Positions 61,537 to 64,000 of a DNA stretch of 64,000 nt are shown one piece after another; positions within the stretch are counted from its first letter, which is position 1; each line of letters starts with the position of its first letter. This DNA comes from an uncultured Clostridia bacterium. GTDB lineage: Bacteria > Bacillota > Clostridia > Oscillospirales > Acutalibacteraceae. The notes under the pieces were generated by a model. It was not told the origin of the DNA and did no database searches. It saw nothing but the letters and a program-made list of their open reading frames with translations. The position numbers were made by a program, and so were the translations under genes. The DNA lies in the NCBI GenBank assembly GCA_947626485.1, contig CANQSG010000001.1, positions 1,109 to 65,108 of the forward strand. The letters run 5' to 3'.

Positions 61537-62416
61537 GCTTTCCCCTCCTTCCGAACAGGAAAAAGATCAGGTAAATGGCAAGCAGCAGCAGAATGATGGC
61601 GAGGAAATAAATCCAGGACATCGCCGCCGAAAGGCTGTACAGGTTGGAGGTCTGAAACATGGAATCCTGAATCTGGCGATTGACCGCGTTGTTGGTGTAG
61701 TTCGAGAGGGTCATGACGGTGTAGGCGGTCGTCACCAAAATCAGCGGGTTCATATAGGGCAGCGTGATCTTCCAGAATTTTTCCCAGCCGCCGGCGCCGT
61801 CGATCTCGGCGGCCGCATAGAGGTCGGGGCTGATCTTTTGCAGTCCCGCCAGGAAAATCTGAATCTGCACCCCCGAAAACCAGAGCATGAGCACGAGGTT
61901 GTTGAGGATGACGAGCACCGGCCGACTGATGAAGTTCGGCAGCTGATTGATAAATTCGTAAATCTGCGGCGTGTTGGCGGAAAAATCGGTCGTATAGCTC
62001 GAGAGCAGCCGGCTGATGACCGGCCCGCTCATGATGAGAACCGGCAGGAAGAAGATCGCGCGGAAGAAGGTGCGCATCGGGAATTTCGCGTTGAGCAGGA
62101 TCGCGATGATCAGGGCGAAGACCATAACGACCGGCGTCGCGCAGGCGATGAAGAGCAGCGAATTGCCCAGGTTGAGCTTGAAGTTCAAATCCTCGTTCCA
62201 GGCCTGACTGTAATAGGCGAAGCCCCGCCAGTTCATCACCGCGCCGTCGGGCAGCAGCTGGTAGGCGTTGAAGCTGAGCTGCAGCGAGAAGATCAGCGGG
62301 TAAAACGTGAACAGCAGGAACCCGACGAGCCACGGCAGGAAGAAAACCGAACCCGCCAGGCGATCCTTTGTCCGCATCGTCAGCGTCCGGCGGCGGGTCG
62401 CGTCGTTTTGTTTCAT
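61523..62416 (-). CDS. Carbohydrate ABC transporter permease
   Basis: EAA loop YAAAEIDGAGGWEKFWKITLP. ATGA overlap with the upstream stop. Confidence 0.9.
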   Translation of the reverse strand: MKQNDATRRRTLTMRTKDRLAGSVFFLPWLVGFLLFTFYPLIFSLQLSFNAYQLLPDGAVMNWRGFAYYSQAWNEDLNFKLNLGNSLLFIACATPVVMVFALIIAILLNAKFPMRTFFRAIFFLPVLIMSGPVISRLLSSYTTDFSANTPQIYEFINQLPNFISRPVLVILNNLVLMLWFSGVQIQIFLAGLQKISPDLYAAAEIDGAGGWEKFWKITLPYMNPLILVTTAYTVMTLSNYTNNAVNRQIQDSMFQTSNLYSLSAAMSWIYFLAIILLLLAIYLIFFLFGRRGKHAQA

Positions 62417-64000
62417 GCCCCAACCCTCCTCACGGATGCGCTCTGCGCCGCGACGGTCGTCTCGCCGTCGGTATACGCCGCGTTGGTATAGTTGACGGTG
62501 ATCTGCACGCCGTTGTCATAGGTGATCTGCGCGACGCCCGTCTGCGGCGCCGTGTGCCGCGTGATGTGCGCGCCCTCCACCGCAGACAGCGCCTCGTCCA
62601 CCTGCTTGTAAACCTGCCCGATGGTCGCCCGCCAGTCCCCGAAATGAATCGAGAAATAATCCTCGACGGGGGTGCGGTTCAGCGCGAGGTTGGAGGCGTA
62701 GGAGACGATGAAGGAGGGGTAAGCGCCGTATTCGATCATTTTCAGCACGCCGTAAACCGAGTAAAACCCCTGATTCGCGTAGGGCGCGTAGAAGTCGACG
62801 TGTCCCTTCAGCAAAATCGGCAGGAACGGCACGGTGTCGGTCTCGTAGGTGTACTGGCTGTTGCTTAAGGGGAAATCGTAAATCTCCGCCGCCTGCCCCC
62901 ACAGATAGGCGTTCGGCATGGCGAGCGCCGCGCGCGGGTTGTCGTCGCCGAACAGCGCCGTGACGTTTTGCAGCGCCTGCGTCCGGTCGACGGTCCGGTT
63001 GCGGGTGTAATCGGCGTAAAGGCAGGAGCCCAGCTTGTCGAAGGCGAAGGAGAATTCCGGCAGCTTTGCAAAGCACCGTTGCACCACCGCCGCCGTCAAC
63101 GAGGGCTTTATGAAATAGGTCTCGTTATACAGAATCTGATTGTTGAGCCGCGTGCGTTTCTGCTGCTGCCCCGACATGGAAACCGCCGGCGCCTGTAACA
63201 GCGAAATCTGATCTTCGGTCGCCGTCACGGGGTCGAGCCGCAGATAGAACCGCCCGCCCTGCTGCGTGACCGCCTTTTGCAGGGAAAGGAAGGCGGATTT
63301 CCCGCCCAGGCGGCGCTCGAAGGCGACGGTGTTATAGGCGCTGCCGTGCAGGCCGCCCTTGCGCCAGCCGTCGTAGGTCAGCGTGAGGTTGTGCACGCCG
63401 TCCGCGCGCAGGTCGTCGACGATCTGCCGCGCCTGGTTGGCGGTCGTGAGCACCGAAAGGCCCTTGAAGATCAGCCCCTGCTTCACGTCGGCGCCCACCA
63501 CGTTCAGCTGGAGCGGAATCTGTGCGTCGACCCGCTCGCTGCCGAGGGCGCCCTGCGCCTCCAGCCGCTGCCGGTAGGCGACCGCCATGCCGGAATAATC
63601 GGCTTCGTCGCCGTGGAAAAAGGTCAGGCGCAGGCGGGGAGAAACCGCGTTGGCGGTCTCCTGCACCCGCTCGATGCCCGAGCCGTCCTGGCTTGTCGGC
63701 TCGGTGTAGAGGGTGCGGTAGTCGAACCGGACGGTCGCCCAGTTGTAGGGGGTCAGCACCCCCGCCGGATAGGCGAGCACGGCGGCGTATTCCGCCCCCT
63801 GCTCCGCCACGCCCAGCAGCGCGTTTTTGCCGGCGCCGTGGACGATGCCGTAAAGCGGGACGGTCGCCTGCTGCGCGTCGGTCATGTAATCGTTCGTGCG
63901 GGTCGTGCGCAGGTCGCCCGACTGCACATAGGTATCCGTGCCGGTATCGAGCCCGTAGACCTTCGCTTCATAAGGCTTGACGTACTGCGTTTCGGGCGCA
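62413..64000 (-). CDS. DUF5696-like protein, paralog 2; 5' end beyond the window
   Basis: The frame stays open from 63927 to 64000 by hand translation (...APETQYVKPYEAKVYGLDTGTDTYVQSGDL). Alignable with 25875-28433. Confidence 0.7.
   Translation of the reverse strand, partial: APETQYVKPYEAKVYGLDTGTDTYVQSGDLRTTRTNDYMTDAQQATVPLYGIVHGAGKNALLGVAEQGAEYAAVLAYPAGVLTPYNWATVRFDYRTLYTEPTSQDGSGIERVQETANAVSPRLRLTFFHGDEADYSGMAVAYRQRLEAQGALGSERVDAQIPLQLNVVGADVKQGLIFKGLSVLTTANQARQIVDDLRADGVHNLTLTYDGWRKGGLHGSAYNTVAFERRLGGKSAFLSLQKAVTQQGGRFYLRLDPVTATEDQISLLQAPAVSMSGQQQKRTRLNNQILYNETYFIKPSLTAAVVQRCFAKLPEFSFAFDKLGSCLYADYTRNRTVDRTQALQNVTALFGDDNPRAALAMPNAYLWGQAAEIYDFPLSNSQYTYETDTVPFLPILLKGHVDFYAPYANQGFYSVYGVLKMIEYGAYPSFIVSYASNLALNRTPVEDYFSIHFGDWRATIGQVYKQVDEALSAVEGAHITRHTAPQTGVAQITYDNGVQITVNYTNAAYTDGETTVAAQSASVRRVGA

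Overview
GC-rich, Clostridia-like chromosomal segment. Coding is almost entirely on the minus strand, and the many long Arg/Gly/Ala-rich ORFs in other frames or antisense are GC artefacts. Every call below comes from reading the translations and the DNA by eye; no homology search was run.

Layout:
(a) 1-2024: 5' part of an SF2 helicase with tandem helicase-associated (HA) repeats. It is missing from the ORF track.
(b) 2025-4470: an AT-rich island. It holds a tyrosine integrase interrupted by an in-frame TGA at a conserved Trp, flanked by two 27-bp near-palindromes in inverted orientation, followed by about 0.8 kb without credible ORFs.
(c) 4508-14059: a cytoplasmic glycan-processing operon with its AraC regulator (ROK kinase, PHP phosphoesterase, two GH2, CE4 deacetylase, beta-helix hydrolase).
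(d) 14149-35252: an approximately 21-kb tightly packed minus-strand gene string behind a near-consensus promoter. In transcription order it encodes a CBM-fused giant solute-binding protein, 2 permeases, an NHL/TPR/Yip1 membrane protein, a membrane-anchored DUF5696-like protein, a second ABC importer, a dockerin-bearing 549-aa surface protein, a 1729-aa six-module anchored surface protein and a GH5 lipoprotein.
(e) 35772-36359: an AT-rich orphan gene. A GH28-like gene follows on the plus strand.
(f) 38393-48362: a hexuronate cluster (uxaC, uxuA, SDR reductase) mixed with two Gfo/Idh/MocA oxidoreductases, three xylose-isomerase-like TIM-barrel proteins, a 2-hydroxyacid dehydrogenase and a second CE4, with a divergent AraC regulator.
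(g) 49431-64000: a second locus with an FAD oxidoreductase, a GH36-like enzyme, an anchored multi-CBM giant plus its dockerin paralog, a GH30 lipoprotein, 2 permeases and a second (5'-partial) DUF5696-like gene.

No rRNA, tRNA or CRISPR array was seen.

The best candidate for an undescribed system is the recurring ABC-permease + DUF5696-like module. The copy at 25875-35252 additionally carries the NHL/TPR/Yip1 protein and the CBM-fused SBP. Each of the two loci also encodes an anchored-giant / dockerin-paralog surface-protein pair. The best mobile-element or regulatory oddity is the integrase cassette with inverted core-type sites and an opal codon at Trp.
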